Source of the DNA: Bigelowiella natans CCMP2755
Lineage: Eukaryota; Protista; Cercozoa
Length of the DNA: 49,745 nucleotides
Assembly (NCBI GenBank): GCA_000320545.1
Contig: ADNK01000534.1
Location: forward strand, 1-49,745
Direction: 5' to 3'
The position numbers and the translations under genes were made by a program. Positions 23,530 through 36,989 of the stretch are shown piece after piece (the stretch's first letter is position 1; every line of letters begins with the position of its first letter). A model generated the notes under the pieces. That model saw only the letters and a program-made list of their open reading frames with translations, did no database searches and was not told where the DNA came from.

Positions 23530-25295
23530 ATGCTACGCATTCTCATTGCGTGGTGTGTGGTGATGATGACGGCTACGGCAAGAGCACCGTCCTCACAAAT
23601 TACGAGGATGAGAAGGAGCACCGGGATCCAATCGACACTACACCACGGCACCTATTGTTCTCCAAAAGTCCGAAAGCTGAACAAGCAACCAGGGAGGGCT
23701 GTTCGAATGGCAATGGCGGACGACGACGTGTCGCAGGAACCCCATGCAGACGAGGTGCCCACCGCCGCCCCCGAGCTCAAGCCTAGCTTTAGGTAAATAA
23801 TTTAACTTGTTTTCTCGTATCAAGATCAAAATCAAAACCCCGCTAAACATGAATCATCTTCACAGTAGTAAATATCGCTTGCGAACTGCTGGAAGGGATG
23901 ATTTTGAAAATGTACGTCAATCACCTTGAAGACACACACAGAGAGAGGAGGACACCGAACAACAATTGAACATCAAAATAATGTATAGAGGGAAAAAGAG
24001 AAGCGGAGCACGCTTGCTTGGATGACGCTGCTGTGAGAAGAGCAAACTCACTTCAAAATCATTGTCTCTCAGGTCGCGAAATTAAGTGCGTTGGTATTCG
24101 ACCGGGAACTGATTGATTCGGTATAGCAACAAATGCTACTACCACTACTACTACTATTACTACTGCTGCTACGTCGTTGTCGTCGTTATCGTCATCATAT
24201 TTACGATTAGCTATAATCGCTCATACGCACGACGACAAATTCATTCAAATTGTCGCGTCGTCTGTCCTTGCAGGCGGTAGATGAAATGGGTGGCTCTGAC
24301 TCTACGCTCGGGACAATCACGAAGATCTTTGGAGATATAGTCTACTGGGTAGTACCATGTGTGTTGGCGATTTGTGAATTCACAAAAAACAACACGGAAT
24401 TTAAGAATTTCGACGCAGTTTGCAAGCACGATGATTTTTATCCTGGCTAGTAATTTTCGATGTTAACGATAATTTCCGAGGATTTCCTACTACATTTCTG
24501 TCTCGAACGATGACTTCTCTCTTCTCCTCTTTTGCATTCGCTTTGTGTGTACACGTGTGGCTACTATCTTCTCTGGGTGTGTGAAAGCTCATCACGCAAG
24601 ATTACAAGCGCAACTTGATCGAATGGTAGGTGTTCCAACCCCCCCCCCCTCCACCCTCTAGCAGCAGTCGTGTTGATATTACTGACTGTAGTCGGTTCTC
24701 TCGTCGTCGCACATTTCTGATGATACGCAACGAATTAAACATCATTCCCCACGAATAATGTGATAGTCTGGAAAGGAAAGAAAAGCTGGCTCCCATCGCT
24801 CGAAAGCAGGCCATGAGCATGACGAGTCGCTACATGCGCTACGCCCTAACGAAACAGGTCTACTACGTGTTAAATCAGGAAAGAAAAGACACATACATGT
24901 AACATCCCGTTAATACGTTCTTTATCTTACCCACACAGAACGACGGGCGCATGTTCCACGTTCTTATCGCAGAAGAAATCGAAACGAGCAAGATAGTGGG
25001 GACGGTGAGTAGGTGTCGTCGTGGCGTGGTTTTGCTCCTTACTCGAGCACTTTCTTCGAGAGCTGAATAATCCATGAATCTTCCGTTTGTACAATGAAAA
25101 GGTTACTGTGTTCCGATTTCCAGCCGAGGCGACGCTCCCCCCCCCTATCCCGACGGTTAGCTAGTGTCCGTCGTTGTCCTTCGGCGTTAGCGCAAATCGA
25201 TTTTTATTTACATTGTATGGGCTCACAGCCGTCCTCATACGATTCGTCGTCCCATCCTGAAGGGGATCGTTTATTGGAGAATTTTTGAATAATCT

Positions 25296-25369
<74 letters not shown>

Positions 25370-26120
25370 CATTTTCTCTTCCAGACAAAGCCGAAGAGGC
25401 TCTACGCATCAACTCTGGCCGTGGACCCTGTAAGCGCCTTCGTGGATCGTGATGTTGTCCTCGTCGTAGTCGTTAGGATGCTGCACGTATATGCAGATTT
25501 TAGGCAGCACTCCTAGTATAACGTGTTTTACGTTCTCCGCACTCTTCTTTCACTGCTCAGAGCTACCGACGGCAAGGAATAGCACGCAAGCTGATGGATG
25601 AAGCAGAGAAGCTAGCGACAAGGTGCCTCGCCTGCCACAACACAGCCGTGGACAGTTGTAGTATCGTCTGCTGCTTGCTGTTGACCCGCTGATTGACTGA
25701 CTAGTCGATGATGGATGTGCGTGCGACGGAAATCTAGGTGGGGGCAGGACTACATGTACCTCCACGTTTTGAAGCCGAACATCGACGCGCAGTATCTCTA
25801 CTTCAACTGCGGGTACGAGCTCGTGCAGGAGGACCCTTGGTGGTACATGGAGAAAAGGTGATAACCAATTCTGAATAGTTTATAATATCAACATATATAA
25901 AAAGAGACGCATCCTCGGCTCCCCCGTTCCGGTCCGCCGCTCGATGGCGTGGATTATTATTCACGCGTGCTCGACATAACTCATTATATGTTGTGCTGAA
26001 AGCAGACAACATGTGTATTTCCTCGCTCCGCGGTTTATTCTCAGGTACCTCTTACGGAAGAAGATGAACACGACGCGGATCAACAAACGAATGGCGTCTC
26101 TCCCTAGAATGAATTTGTGA
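23530..26120 (+). CDS. GNAT-family N-acetyltransferase with bipartite (signal plus transit peptide) plastid-targeting leader
   Basis: Exon 1 MLRILIAWCVVMMTATA-RAPSSQITRMRRS...RAVRMA. Later exons give FHVLIAEEIETSKIVGT, LYASTLAVDP, SYRRQGIARKLMDEAE (acetyl-CoA motif A), YMYLHVLKPNIDAQYLYFNCGY, then YLLRKKM...NL*. Middle exons are only partly resolved. Confidence 0.85.
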
Positions 26121-26831
26121 TTGATCTCATCGCATTGAAACTAGTCTGAGATAAGCAACAATATGATCATGAATGTAAAGGAAACAACATCATAACGTTG
26201 GACGCAATAGCCTAGATATTCAGCCGCCGAGTGTACATATCACGTTTACTATTAGCTGTATTTGCACAGCATGCATGTCTAAACATCAACATCGTTAGAC
26301 TAATTTGCATCGAGGATGATGTGTTAATGTAGGCTACGACTGTGCCCACACTTCATAATATCTCTAACAGCATGTACACTAGCAATACGTATATTTGATC
26401 GACATATTGCCCCGTTTTGTTACGCATATGCAAGCTAGCAAGCAAGCAAGAGATGATTTTGGAAGATGCTCGCATGACATGTCGCGCATAGCTAGATAGT
26501 GCACAGGTACAGATCAACTCACTACGCATATACATATACAAGCGCGTGCAAAATAGTTCTTAAAGATGCTCGCATGCTGTGTACACGGGTACCGTAACTG
26601 TCCAGCCCACGTATATACAGTGAAAAACACAACTACACGGCTAGACGGGCATCGTAAGAGTAACAGTAAGATACAGTAAACATATATATATGATGATCGA
26701 TGATAACGTGTCTAACACCACAATAATCCCTCAGATTAGCGTGCTGGCATACAGACGCGCAGGAAAAGGATTAAGTGCGCATGAAGGAGCTGAAGCTTGT
26801 TAAATGCAAACATCTGGCTTGATTTTACTTG

Positions 26832-27471
26832 TTAGCGCTTTAATCCTACTTCTTCCTCCCACCCGGGTTGTGGATTGAATGCAATCCTTTGATGGTTTAG
26901 AAAAAGTAGAATGGTGAAGCATAAGAAGCAAACTATCGCGTAACCACACCACACATGACGCAGTGGCCATATTGACCTTCGTGAGAAGAAACACACACAC
27001 ACACACACACACACATACACACACGTGCACATACACGCCTATTCAACAAAATTGTATTACTTATCAATATCGAAGGCGGAGAGGCGTCGTTTCCCCCCTG
27101 GCTTTGCCTTCTTTTTTCCAAAACACATCACCACCAGGACAGCTACTTCAAACAAACGAACGTCGTCGCATCGCAAGAAAACCGGCACGACAAGGGAAAG
27201 TGCGCTTGACAGGAAAGCGAGGCTGCAACAACTATTCTTGCAACGACTACATACACAACCGATGAGTTTTGGGCGGGTTCTGACGACGCAGCGGTATCAC
27301 TTGAGACCTTTCCTCGAGAGACGTCTATCGACTGCCGTGACAACCATACGTTAGCGGGAAGAGGGGAGGGGCTAGGAGGCTAGGAAAGCAGTCTTGAAGA
27401 GAGTTATATGGCCATCTTGCTCTTTGCCTTCCCCTACCACCACCCCCTTTTCCCATGCTCTCCGACACATT

Positions 27472-27515
<44 letters not shown>

Positions 27516-28381
27516 AAAACCACGCATAGCCATCCGCCACCTTCTTCCCGCAATACACACCTTGGCGAGATGAGAAGCAACTTGCTCGATGGCGACCTCC
27601 GGAGAGCTCTTGTGATTCAGCAGATGCCCCTTCGTGATGTATGGCAAAATAAGTGAAATTTGAGGGGAAAGAAGAGGACACACCGGGTTGATGATAATGA
27701 TAATGCTGTAACATATGTCATCCGTTGCTTGCTACCTGAAGTTCTGCCATGGACGGACGAACAGCGAGAGAGCTAACACTTGATACCCACTCCTCTGCCA
27801 AGGATGACGATAATGATGACGACGATGATGATGGTGATAAAGATAACGATCAGGGAGATACGACTATTCGTGTGTGTTCCACAGTGAATTAACCCCCCCC
27901 CCCACCCCCCCCTTACACTCTCTCCCTTCAACGTCGAATCTCTCTTGCATGTACCAGCGAGGCGGTTCAGCTCCTCTTTGCTAATAGATATCGTCGTCTT
28001 CTTATCAACCGTCCTCTTCGTATCATCGCCGTCATCATCATGATCATACTCGGATCCTTGATAGAACTTGAGGAAGAGCCTTTGCGCAGCAGAAACGACA
28101 ACCAATGACGACAACGGCGAGAAGAGGAGGAGGATGAGGAGTAGGAGGAGCAGAGGGTGGAGGGAGAGAAATAAATCAATTACTCATCTATACAACGCTC
28201 GCGCCGATAGTCAGCCTCTTTTTTTAGGTAAATGCATGCGTATAAAGGAGACACGATGACGACTAAAACGACCAAAAACACGGTAGTAGTAGTAGCTATC
28301 CCCCTCACCTCCTCGCTTGATAGTCAGAAGCGTCGTCGAGAAGATAGACGCGATCCACTCTCCTGCGCAATGATAGTGTAC

Positions 28382-28412
<31 letters not shown>

Positions 28413-28444
28413 GTGATTATATCGATGACTGGATGGCACCAAGC

Positions 28445-28485
<41 letters not shown>

Positions 28486-28952
28486 ACAATCACAATCACG
28501 CAGCAGCTACACATATGCTGCATAAACGCCGTACACACACAGACACATACACACACCCTGGTCTCATGAGCGCTCGATCCAGCCTTTCGATGTGGTTTGT
28601 GGTCATAAACAACAGCCTGCGGGACAAACAACAACAAGAACAACAACAAGAACAAGAAGAAGAAGAGGAGGAGGAGGAAGAAGATAAGGAAAGGGTGTGT
28701 GATTAGGAGGACATGTCAGTACAGCGGAAGATGCCGGCATGATAGCTGTATCACTCCAAAAATCGACGATCTAGACGACAAGCAGCAGCAGCAGCAGCAG
28801 CGCTTCTTACCGCTCTTCCGAAGATGCCACCCCATCCAGGGTGTTTAGCAGCCCACTGATCGTTGGAAACGTAGTAGCGATCATCGATATTTATGTTGAG
28901 TTGTCGCACAGAAGAGAGCAATCAGCAATGTAATATGTGTGTGTGCGTGCGT

Positions 28953-28994
<42 letters not shown>

Positions 28995-29439
28995 TTTGTG
29001 TGTGCATAGGTATCCTCCACCTGAATGTTACTCCGCTGTAAGACTGCTCGGAGCCTAATGTTAGCGGGATTTGGCAGATGAGAATCAAACCACGCAACCG
29101 CCGAATATTCCCCCAACCCCCCCCCTCGCTCTCTCCCTCCTTCCACCGATAACTACGTCTCTGCTACTACCGGGACTAAGACGGGTAGATGCGAAAGCGG
29201 CGTCGATGTCTTCCAGAAGAATCAAGCTCTGAGGAAAATGTTTTCGATTTAGTGATAATCCCCGAGCAAAGGGATCGGAGAATGCTTGATTATGAGCTAC
29301 GTGATGATGATGATGATGATGACGATTGAGCGTGTGCTTCTTTGTTGTTGTTGTTGTTGATGATGATGGTGATGATGATGATGGGAGTGACGATGATGAT
29401 GGGGAAGAAAGAACGACGAAACAACGCAGCCAATTGGCA

Positions 29440-29473
<34 letters not shown>

Positions 29474-29929
29474 GCTACTATTACTACTGCTATTGCACCT
29501 GTTGCGGAGCTACAGAGAGAGCGTGTGCGAGCCTTTCATTTATTTGATTTTTTTTTAAAATAAAGAAAAAAAAGGGTGAGGATGATGATGACAACGATGG
29601 AGGTGAAGAGGTGGAGAATAGGGTTGATATACTTATGGATTATACGTGCAGTAGCGCTCTCGCGCAGCTTACTACCTATCATCTGTGAGGCCTGAGTCGT
29701 TCAGGGAAAGGATGCAGATGTTGTAGTCGAGGTGCCTGCGTGCATATGTGCGTCATGGAGGAGGGAAGGGGGGAGGGGGAGGGAGGAGGGGGAAGGAGTC
29801 GCCGTACATGAGCAATGAGCATACTTCCACACAAAGCAATTACGCTGCACGACCCAACAACAGATAATCAATTTTCCGGTAGGTTGATGAACGATAATTA
29901 TCTATGTATGTGTGTGTGTGTGTGTGCGC

Positions 29930-29967
<38 letters not shown>

Positions 29968-30846
29968 ATATTAACATGATTACATGCATATTTTGTGAGC
30001 ATGCAAAGAGCAGCAACTCCTTCACAAATTCATCCATTTACTGATCATAGTCACGATCATGAGATATGTTCAGCAGCCTGTACAAGCAGCAATCTGCTCG
30101 CAGTAGACTGTTCTCATTAGCGCTACTACCCTGCTAGAGCGGTGACGAAGCTGGTCTTTCCGCTACCAGGGGGGCCATGTAGAAGGTACCTGGATGGCGA
30201 GCGGTGATACCAACAACACACACCGTAAGCAAGCATGAAGATCGTCATCATCAACATCGTAATCATCAATATCGTCATTCTCATTATCAAGATGGATCGG
30301 CGCAACTATCATCGTTGTGATTCGATCAGAACGGTTCTGGCCCGACGGTGAGTAAGCGGCGGCGTGTTGTCGCGGGGGAATGTTGTTCTTCTTTCCCCCT
30401 AATTTCTATCATCGTCGTCGTCGTCATCATCATCATCATTCAGGTGTGGGGAACGATCGGTAGCGGTACCCTCTTCGATACGGGATGCCCCTATCGTGGT
30501 ACCAGGGAGCGCTCAGCCTCCAATCGTTAACATCGTACTAGGAAGAGGGAGGAGGAGGAGAAGAACGACGAGCATGAAAACGTGCTCAATGTAACAGCAA
30601 ACGATCTTCTCGAAGGGCAGGATAGAAGAAGGAGGAACGGGGGAGCGGAGAGAGGAAAAGCCGCCGGCGTCGTCGCTGTCGCTTTATATCGATTACGTCT
30701 ACTATATGCCCTATGCATGGACGGCAGGAAGCTTTCTCTACTTCCCCCTCCTCCTAATTGTATATCTTGTACCCCCCCCCTCCCACTACTACTTCTTTCC
30801 CCTCGCTGCCACTACTCAACTACTGACTCTAAACAAACAACTTCTA

Positions 30847-30883
<37 letters not shown>

Positions 30884-30989
30884 CAACCAAAATTGAGTCA
30901 GCAAGCCCGTCGTCAAGGAGGACAGAGTCGATGCTCCGCTAAGGGTGGGGAAGAATGCGAGAAAGTTTGCATGCGTTTGCATGACGATG

Positions 30990-31028
<39 letters not shown>

Positions 31029-31215
31029 CTTTTTGAAGTCTTCAGAAGAAAAAGAAGCAGCAGCAACAACAGCATGGTTCTAGGTTGAGGCTCTGAGGCC
31101 TAGCTCACCTTTCGTCGCGGGTGGCCAAAAGGACGCCATTCCGTACCCCAGTTAGTGTAGATGACCTGTGTTTTGTGCGTGTGTGTGTGTGGGCATGTGT
31201 GTGCATGTGTGTGCA

Positions 31216-31247
<32 letters not shown>

Positions 31248-31249
31248 TG

Positions 31250-31288
<39 letters not shown>

Positions 31289-32472
31289 ATTGTATCACGC
31301 ATGCCGACCGTCTTGCCCGTTTCGGTTTGCAGTGCCTTGTCCTTCGCTTCCTATTAATTTTTTTGGGGGGAGGGGGGGAGAGAGAGAGGGCCTTATTATC
31401 ATAGCAATAATCATAATAATAATAATAATAATAATAATAATATAGGTTGCGTTATGGTGGTCCTGATCGCACCCTATCTATTTCAAGGAAAGAAATAAAA
31501 TAAAAAAAGAGAAGAACGCCTTTTTTGGGGGTTCGGCGTCGTTGATGTGTTGTCGTCTTAGCTACTACTGCTGTTGCTGCTACTGATACTACTCCTCAAC
31601 GCACAGTGAGTAGGTTTTCGAACATAGAGACATCTCGCCCGATCGAAGTCAGGGTCACCTAAGGAGGTAATAGGTAATGATCGCTTCTAATCTCGATGAC
31701 GACGATAATGATGACGACGATGATGATGATGATGATAATGAGAATGCAAACGACGTGTAAACATAATCTATAGGCATAACGACGTGCAGGTTCTTACTCG
31801 TAGACTGATAAATTAAAGACGACAATGAGGAAATAAACTAGCGTCACTCCTGAGCAATACCTTCTCCCATGGAGTCCCACTATTGAAATCTGGCATCATG
31901 GAGGAGGACAGGTGGGGTCATCATCATTACCAGCAATAAAAAAAGCATCATCATCCATCCATCCATTCTCCTCCTCCTCTTCCTCCTATCCTCCTCAACA
32001 TCATCATCACTATCGTCCTACACTATCATATGTTCCCATTTCTTTCGTCACATTTGTATTTTGCCCCACGAGTGCTGCGCTTTAGGCGAACAATAGGTGC
32101 GTAATGTATATGTACGTGAAGAAAGCATAAGATCTGATCACCCTCCTTGTGCAGTGATAGACACCCTCCCCACTCTCCTTACTTCTCTACCTAGCATTTG
32201 GGTCTCTCGATGCCGTTCGATGGAGATTATTCGACTATTGTACCAAATCAGATGTCGTCCTGACAAGGTTGGGAGGGGGATGAGAATGATGATGATGAAG
32301 AAGCAGAAATGGGGAACACATCTTCACGATGGCCGCGTCATAAAAACTCTCTCTCTCTCTCTCTCTCTCTTTCGTTTTGCTTTGAGATGCCACCTGGGCC
32401 AGGGACAAAGTCAAATAGCATGGAGGAACTGCCATCCGTCAGCTTCTTAAAGACCTGAAACCATATGCATCC

Positions 32473-32512
<40 letters not shown>

Positions 32513-33329
32513 TTGCGATGCTAATGCTAATGCTAATGCTAGTAGGGATGATTATTGCGTGTATGTGTGTATGTGCTGTGTGTGCGTTTGTATATGTAAT
32601 TGAGGTATGAATTCGTGAAATTCATGCTAGAACTCATTGCGTCTTATACCATTATATCAAAATATTATTACGCTCACACGCATCTCCACCACTGCTACAA
32701 CATCCTTGAGGGGGAGGCAGACAGACTGACCGTGTTAACGCTGAGGTGTTGAGTCCTCCTCCCCTGTTGCATGGAGAGCAATAGGTAAGAATGTAAGTAT
32801 TTTTGAAAATTTAGAGCTAGACTTTTGATTAATTTGCGGCTGAGTTAGTTTATTTGCGGCGAAGTTACTTGGGACGAGATCCAATTTAGGATCCAGGGAT
32901 AGGAAGGATCCTTACTTGTTACCTGTTGTTCCGTAGTTGCAAGGTATCAATCTTGAACCACAAGCATTTTCATACACATTCACACACATTGAGATACATA
33001 CATCGACACGCGCGTGCGTGTAACACACAAATTCAATTTTTCATAGGTCCAAATGCAACAGGAGAAAGTGAATGACGACTTCCAAGGTCATGAGAAGATG
33101 CCTGCGGGCCAGCATAGCAGCCGTCCGCATGCCCCCTCGTGCTGCTGTGGCCGCCATTCCCAGAGCTGCCAAGCCTATTTCGAATAGGATTGCATGTTTA
33201 TGTTCCTCACGTACACGTAAATGATAGCAGGAAGTATATTTCTTACACACCGATGCCACCAGTGAAGAATTGATTCTGGACGGGCAGGAAAGAGCCCAGC
33301 CATTCAGGAAGAGGAGAGCCGGAGGACAT
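26832..33329 (-). CDS. BCS1: Mitochondrial AAA chaperone BCS1 (Rieske Fe-S protein insertion into complex III), many short exons
   Basis: Spliced peptides [114 protein letters not shown] (Walker A 30153-30176), LILLEDIDAAF, SGLLNTLDGVASSEER, FMTTNHIERLDRALMRPG, FNPQPGWEEEVGLKR*. A possible extra micro-exon has an ATG at 33416. Confidence 0.93.
26990..32540. repeat. Dense intronic microsatellites (CA/TG, GA/TC, TA, GAT, TAC, AAT) within BCS1; similar tracts occur in introns throughout the window
   Basis: Direct reading, e.g. (CA)n 28447-28481, (GAT)n 28382-28411, (TAC)n 29440-29472, (TA)n 30850-30878. Confidence 0.95.
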
Positions 33330-34065
33330 CCCTGAGGCGGCACAGGAGCACAACTTGCTCTACGGGGTCGCTACGATCGTACGCACCATATTAGAAGCGA
33401 ACTCACGGGAGTGCATTCTCTAGCTCTCGTTTACCAACCTACGTCTTTTGTTCCCTTTCTCTGAGGCTGTGAGGCGAGCACAGGTGGGGGCTCGTACGTA
33501 CCCTTTCTGGCCAACTGACAACACAAACAACAATAGCAACTGGATCAGAACAAGGAAAAAACCGGAAACATCGACTGTTACTGGAAGTAGCTGAGCTGCA
33601 TCACTAAAAAAAATAAATGCCTCAAACCTAAAAGTAAAAAGAAAAAAGTTTATTAGTCCTATAAGTCAAAAATTTTGCTATGTTTTGCCATACAATTTTT
33701 GGCTTTCGCAATGTCCGTTATGAGACAACATCCACTATGAAAATCACTTCGGTGTAACAACATAGCTGGGAAGTCAAGGGCGCGAACAGAACAACTAACT
33801 AACTAACTAACTAAAAAATCGTCTGGGTATCAAAAAGAGAGAAAAAAACACATCGGGTTTTCCTTCCCAGCCAACCGGTACCGGCAGTACCCGCGTGATT
33901 TTTGTTTTGATCCAAATTTTACGATGTTCATGGATGTCGTCAAACAGAAATTCCACTGGTTTCAACATCTGCGGTCGTATCTGCTCGTAACAGCTCCTAA
34001 CAGTTCCGGAAGATCGTTCCTGCAAAGTTCCAGCACGTTCCAGCACTCCACAGTAGCTCCCTGAG

Positions 34066-34698
34066 ATGGACGGTAAAGATGTCCACAAGAACGCGCAACC
34101 TGGAGAGGAGATGAAGACTGTTGAGCCCAAAATCAACATTAAATCGACGAGTCTCGTCAGAGAATCCACAAAGAGCTATCTTATGAAAACGGTCACGCAA
34201 TTTAAGCGGAACCCGTCGGTTCCAAACTTACATAGCACCTCACAGAGGAAATATGCCACCTTTTGCCGGAACCGTACAGCTGAGCTCTACACCACATTCC
34301 TCGGCCTGGTTGGGTATCCAGACTTTGGCAAGTCCAAGTTTATTAAAGAATTTAAGGCATGTGTCCCTTTTCCTGGTAAAACAAATGAACGCACGGTGGG
34401 AGGAATGGCGAAGGACGGCTTCGTCATGCACGGCGTAGTTCGCTACGCGTACAAGGGCAACTTAATCGAAGAATGCCGGAAAAACGGTAAGGAGCATGGA
34501 TTGCGGGTCGTATGTACCCAGATGGGTGACATATGGATAAGGCTGTTCTCAAACGGCAAACGTTTGGCTCAAGTCGTTCTGAGCGCTGACTGTAAAGTGG
34601 CAGCAAACCCGAAACCCATCGATGACGGCGGACTCAAAGGCTTGATGAGTCACCTTCATTTGATCCTCGAATGTTTCGAAGTCAAACAAGATCCATAG
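34066..34698 (+). CDS. Intronless hypothetical protein (210 aa) with MORN-variant-like repeats and a P-loop-like motif
   Basis: Clean ORF. MHGVVRYAYKGNLIEECRKNGKEHGLRV resembles MORN-variant repeats; LGLVGYPDFGKS fits GxxxxGKS. Confidence 0.55.
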   Translation: MDGKDVHKNAQPGEEMKTVEPKINIKSTSLVRESTKSYLMKTVTQFKRNPSVPNLHSTSQRKYATFCRNRTAELYTTFLGLVGYPDFGKSKFIKEFKACVPFPGKTNERTVGGMAKDGFVMHGVVRYAYKGNLIEECRKNGKEHGLRVVCTQMGDIWIRLFSNGKRLAQVVLSADCKVAANPKPIDDGGLKGLMSHLHLILECFEVKQDP

Positions 34699-35710
34699 TC
34701 TGCTACTTACAAAAAATATGGCATGTACATGCATCTGGACGCGTACACCTAGCTAAACATGTACACATACTAACAGACTAGCTAGACATAACAACTTCAT
34801 CATAGTATCGGAACAGCTTAGTTTAGTAGTGCTTACTTGCGAACGCACGCAGACTAGCTAGCTAGCAGTAGCAATACTAGAATATCTAGATATCTAGATA
34901 TATCTATATCTAACTAAGCTTACTAGCTTCATATGTGCAGCACATGCAAAGCTCGATGCAAGAATTCGAGGCTGCAATTGTCTAAATACATTATATCGAT
35001 CGCGCGAGGTGCATCTGGCCAGGCAAGGAACAATAGACATAATGTACTGAACTATCACGTGTGGGCGTGGCACATACTAGCATGCCTGGGCAGTCATTTG
35101 GACAGAGCCAGTCATAGCCTGATAATGTTCTGCCAAACCGTTAATATGATAGGTATGAAAGCATCAAAAACCGGTGTTATTTTTCCACTCTTTGTCGAAG
35201 GCCAAGAGCGTCAAGCTTACAGTCGCTTGTTTCCCTTTTCAGGACCAGATAGCTATATTTTGTTGTTGCGAGTCACGACTGACACCAAAAATTACGTTCA
35301 GGGTACGTTCTAAACCCCAAAGCAATTCGACAATAGTGTGGTGAAAGCCATCGATATTTTAAACGACAAGCAGCAGATTAGGGCTGGGTGCATGCTTGGC
35401 GGTCACAGTCTGGGCGGATCAATCTCTTCAATTTAATAGAGAGCGAGAAATACCTGTAAAAATATTGATTTGTGCTATCGTATCACCATGAAAGCGCATC
35501 AAGATGCTCGATAGAGTGCTCTGTTTGTATCCATACTCACGTACAATACATGCCAAATAGAGTTGCTTTCGAAGTACCTAGCATGATTGTCGGGGCCTAA
35601 CTAGCCAACTGCGTCGCCAAGCTGTTGAGCACATAATGGACTTATAACCTCGGGCGTAGAAGTTAGCATAGCAACGCATCAAGAAGAATGGTTAGTAAGC
35701 GTGTAGACCA

Positions 35711-36989
35711 TCATCTGGTTTTCTGCCCAATGAAATCCGCTCGAGAATCGCCTAGAAAAGGTTTGCAGACGGATATACAAATCTCAGTGCAAGCGCGTGA
35801 CGGTAATCATTGACGACTAAAGTAATCGCCACCTTTGGACCATGCGTTCAGAACGACTGAATGCCAGTCGCTAATCCTTTCAGAGGCCAGATTATGCCAG
35901 AACACGCCTGCAAGAGAAAATTGATTGAATTAGTAAGAAGAGGAGCAGCAGCTATATTTCTCGTAGAAACAAAGCTCATGGTGTGGCCATATCTCTTACA
36001 AAAGACATTGACAAAAATATACAGTTATCACCAGTTCTGCCTTCTTCAAAGCGAAGAGAAGCCACATCTTGCGGTGCTGGAGCCTGCGAAAACAAATGGA
36101 GATATCACACTGTAAGAAAAATCTAGGCTATGGCCAATATATTCTCAACTATATATTAGATATGAAAGGATATTCACAAATTTTCTCAGAATTTTTCGCA
36201 TTTCGTGCGTATAATAACATTGCATTCACGTGTATGTGGACATTTAAACGTTGCATGTCGTCGGAATATGAAAACGGACAAAAGGAGCCACCTCATAGAA
36301 CCAGGCTATTAACTCGCCATCCACGTATAGATCAACGGCTCGCCTGAGCGGGCCGGTAGGTTCCCATCCCAGTTCTTCGCGACATTCTCTTCGAATGCAC
36401 GAGTCTGGTGACTCTCCAGCTTCTACCTGCGTCAGGTTTCGCATGATGGATGAGAACGGTAACTTTCACAATCGCCGAGTATCGCTACCTTCCCACCGAA
36501 GCAAGTCAGCCTGCCAGCAGCAATCTACGCAAATGTTTCAGAAATGAATAAACAATGGCGGCAGTGGCAGGGAAGGAGAAATTGGATGAAGATGGAAGGA
36601 AGGATGAGCACCTTAGCATCAGAACCTCGTTGCTCCATAAATAGAGTGTCGTCCGGTCCTGAGGAAGGCAAAAAATAAAAGAACGATACACAGCCCTAAA
36701 CTGTTTTCTAAAAGTACAGAAATAAAAGCGAGGACAATAGAATTATAATTTCAAGACCAGTTAGAATGACGCAGCAGTATTTGGGTCGTTCTTCCGTGAG
36801 TCTGTATTGGGAAGGTCCAGGCTTGTCTCGGCTTGCAGCTGTGTCGCGAAGACTGCCACAGGAGGCAATCTTCCTCCCCAACTCCTTGCTTGTGGCAGTG
36901 CGGTATTGATCATGGCGACGGGCTGTCCTCCGAAAGAGCGCGAGGCCCAAGGTTGCCAGTGATCCCAATCGGACCAGGAACGACGCCAT
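35711..36989 (-). CDS. Nudix hydrolase
   Basis: Spliced reading ...PKYCCVILT|GPDDTLFMEQRGSDAK|IAAGRLTCFGGK|VEAGESPDSCIRRECREELGWEP...WFYE|APAPQDVASLRFEEGRT|GVFWH...SDWHSVVLNAWSK|GDSRADFIGQKTR*. The Nudix box GX5EX7REUXEEXG is split by an intron. Confidence 0.85.

Noticed and set aside
26800-32450. Many short ORFs with HTHT, CVCV, poly-M/D/Y/I runs
   Set aside because: Translations of intronic microsatellites within BCS1.
33934-34698. Possible TAA/TAG=Gln (ciliate-type) code suggested by two in-frame stops next to CAG codons
   Set aside because: Host genes here end in TAA, the 210-codon body has no TAR codon, and read-through of the terminal TAG enters low-complexity sequence. Chance or C to T decay is more economical.
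19572-36989. Possible functional gene cluster (NHase, GNAT, BCS1, Nudix)
   Set aside because: No shared pathway, different predicted compartments, and no amidase or aldoxime dehydratase nearby. Adjacency alone is insufficient.
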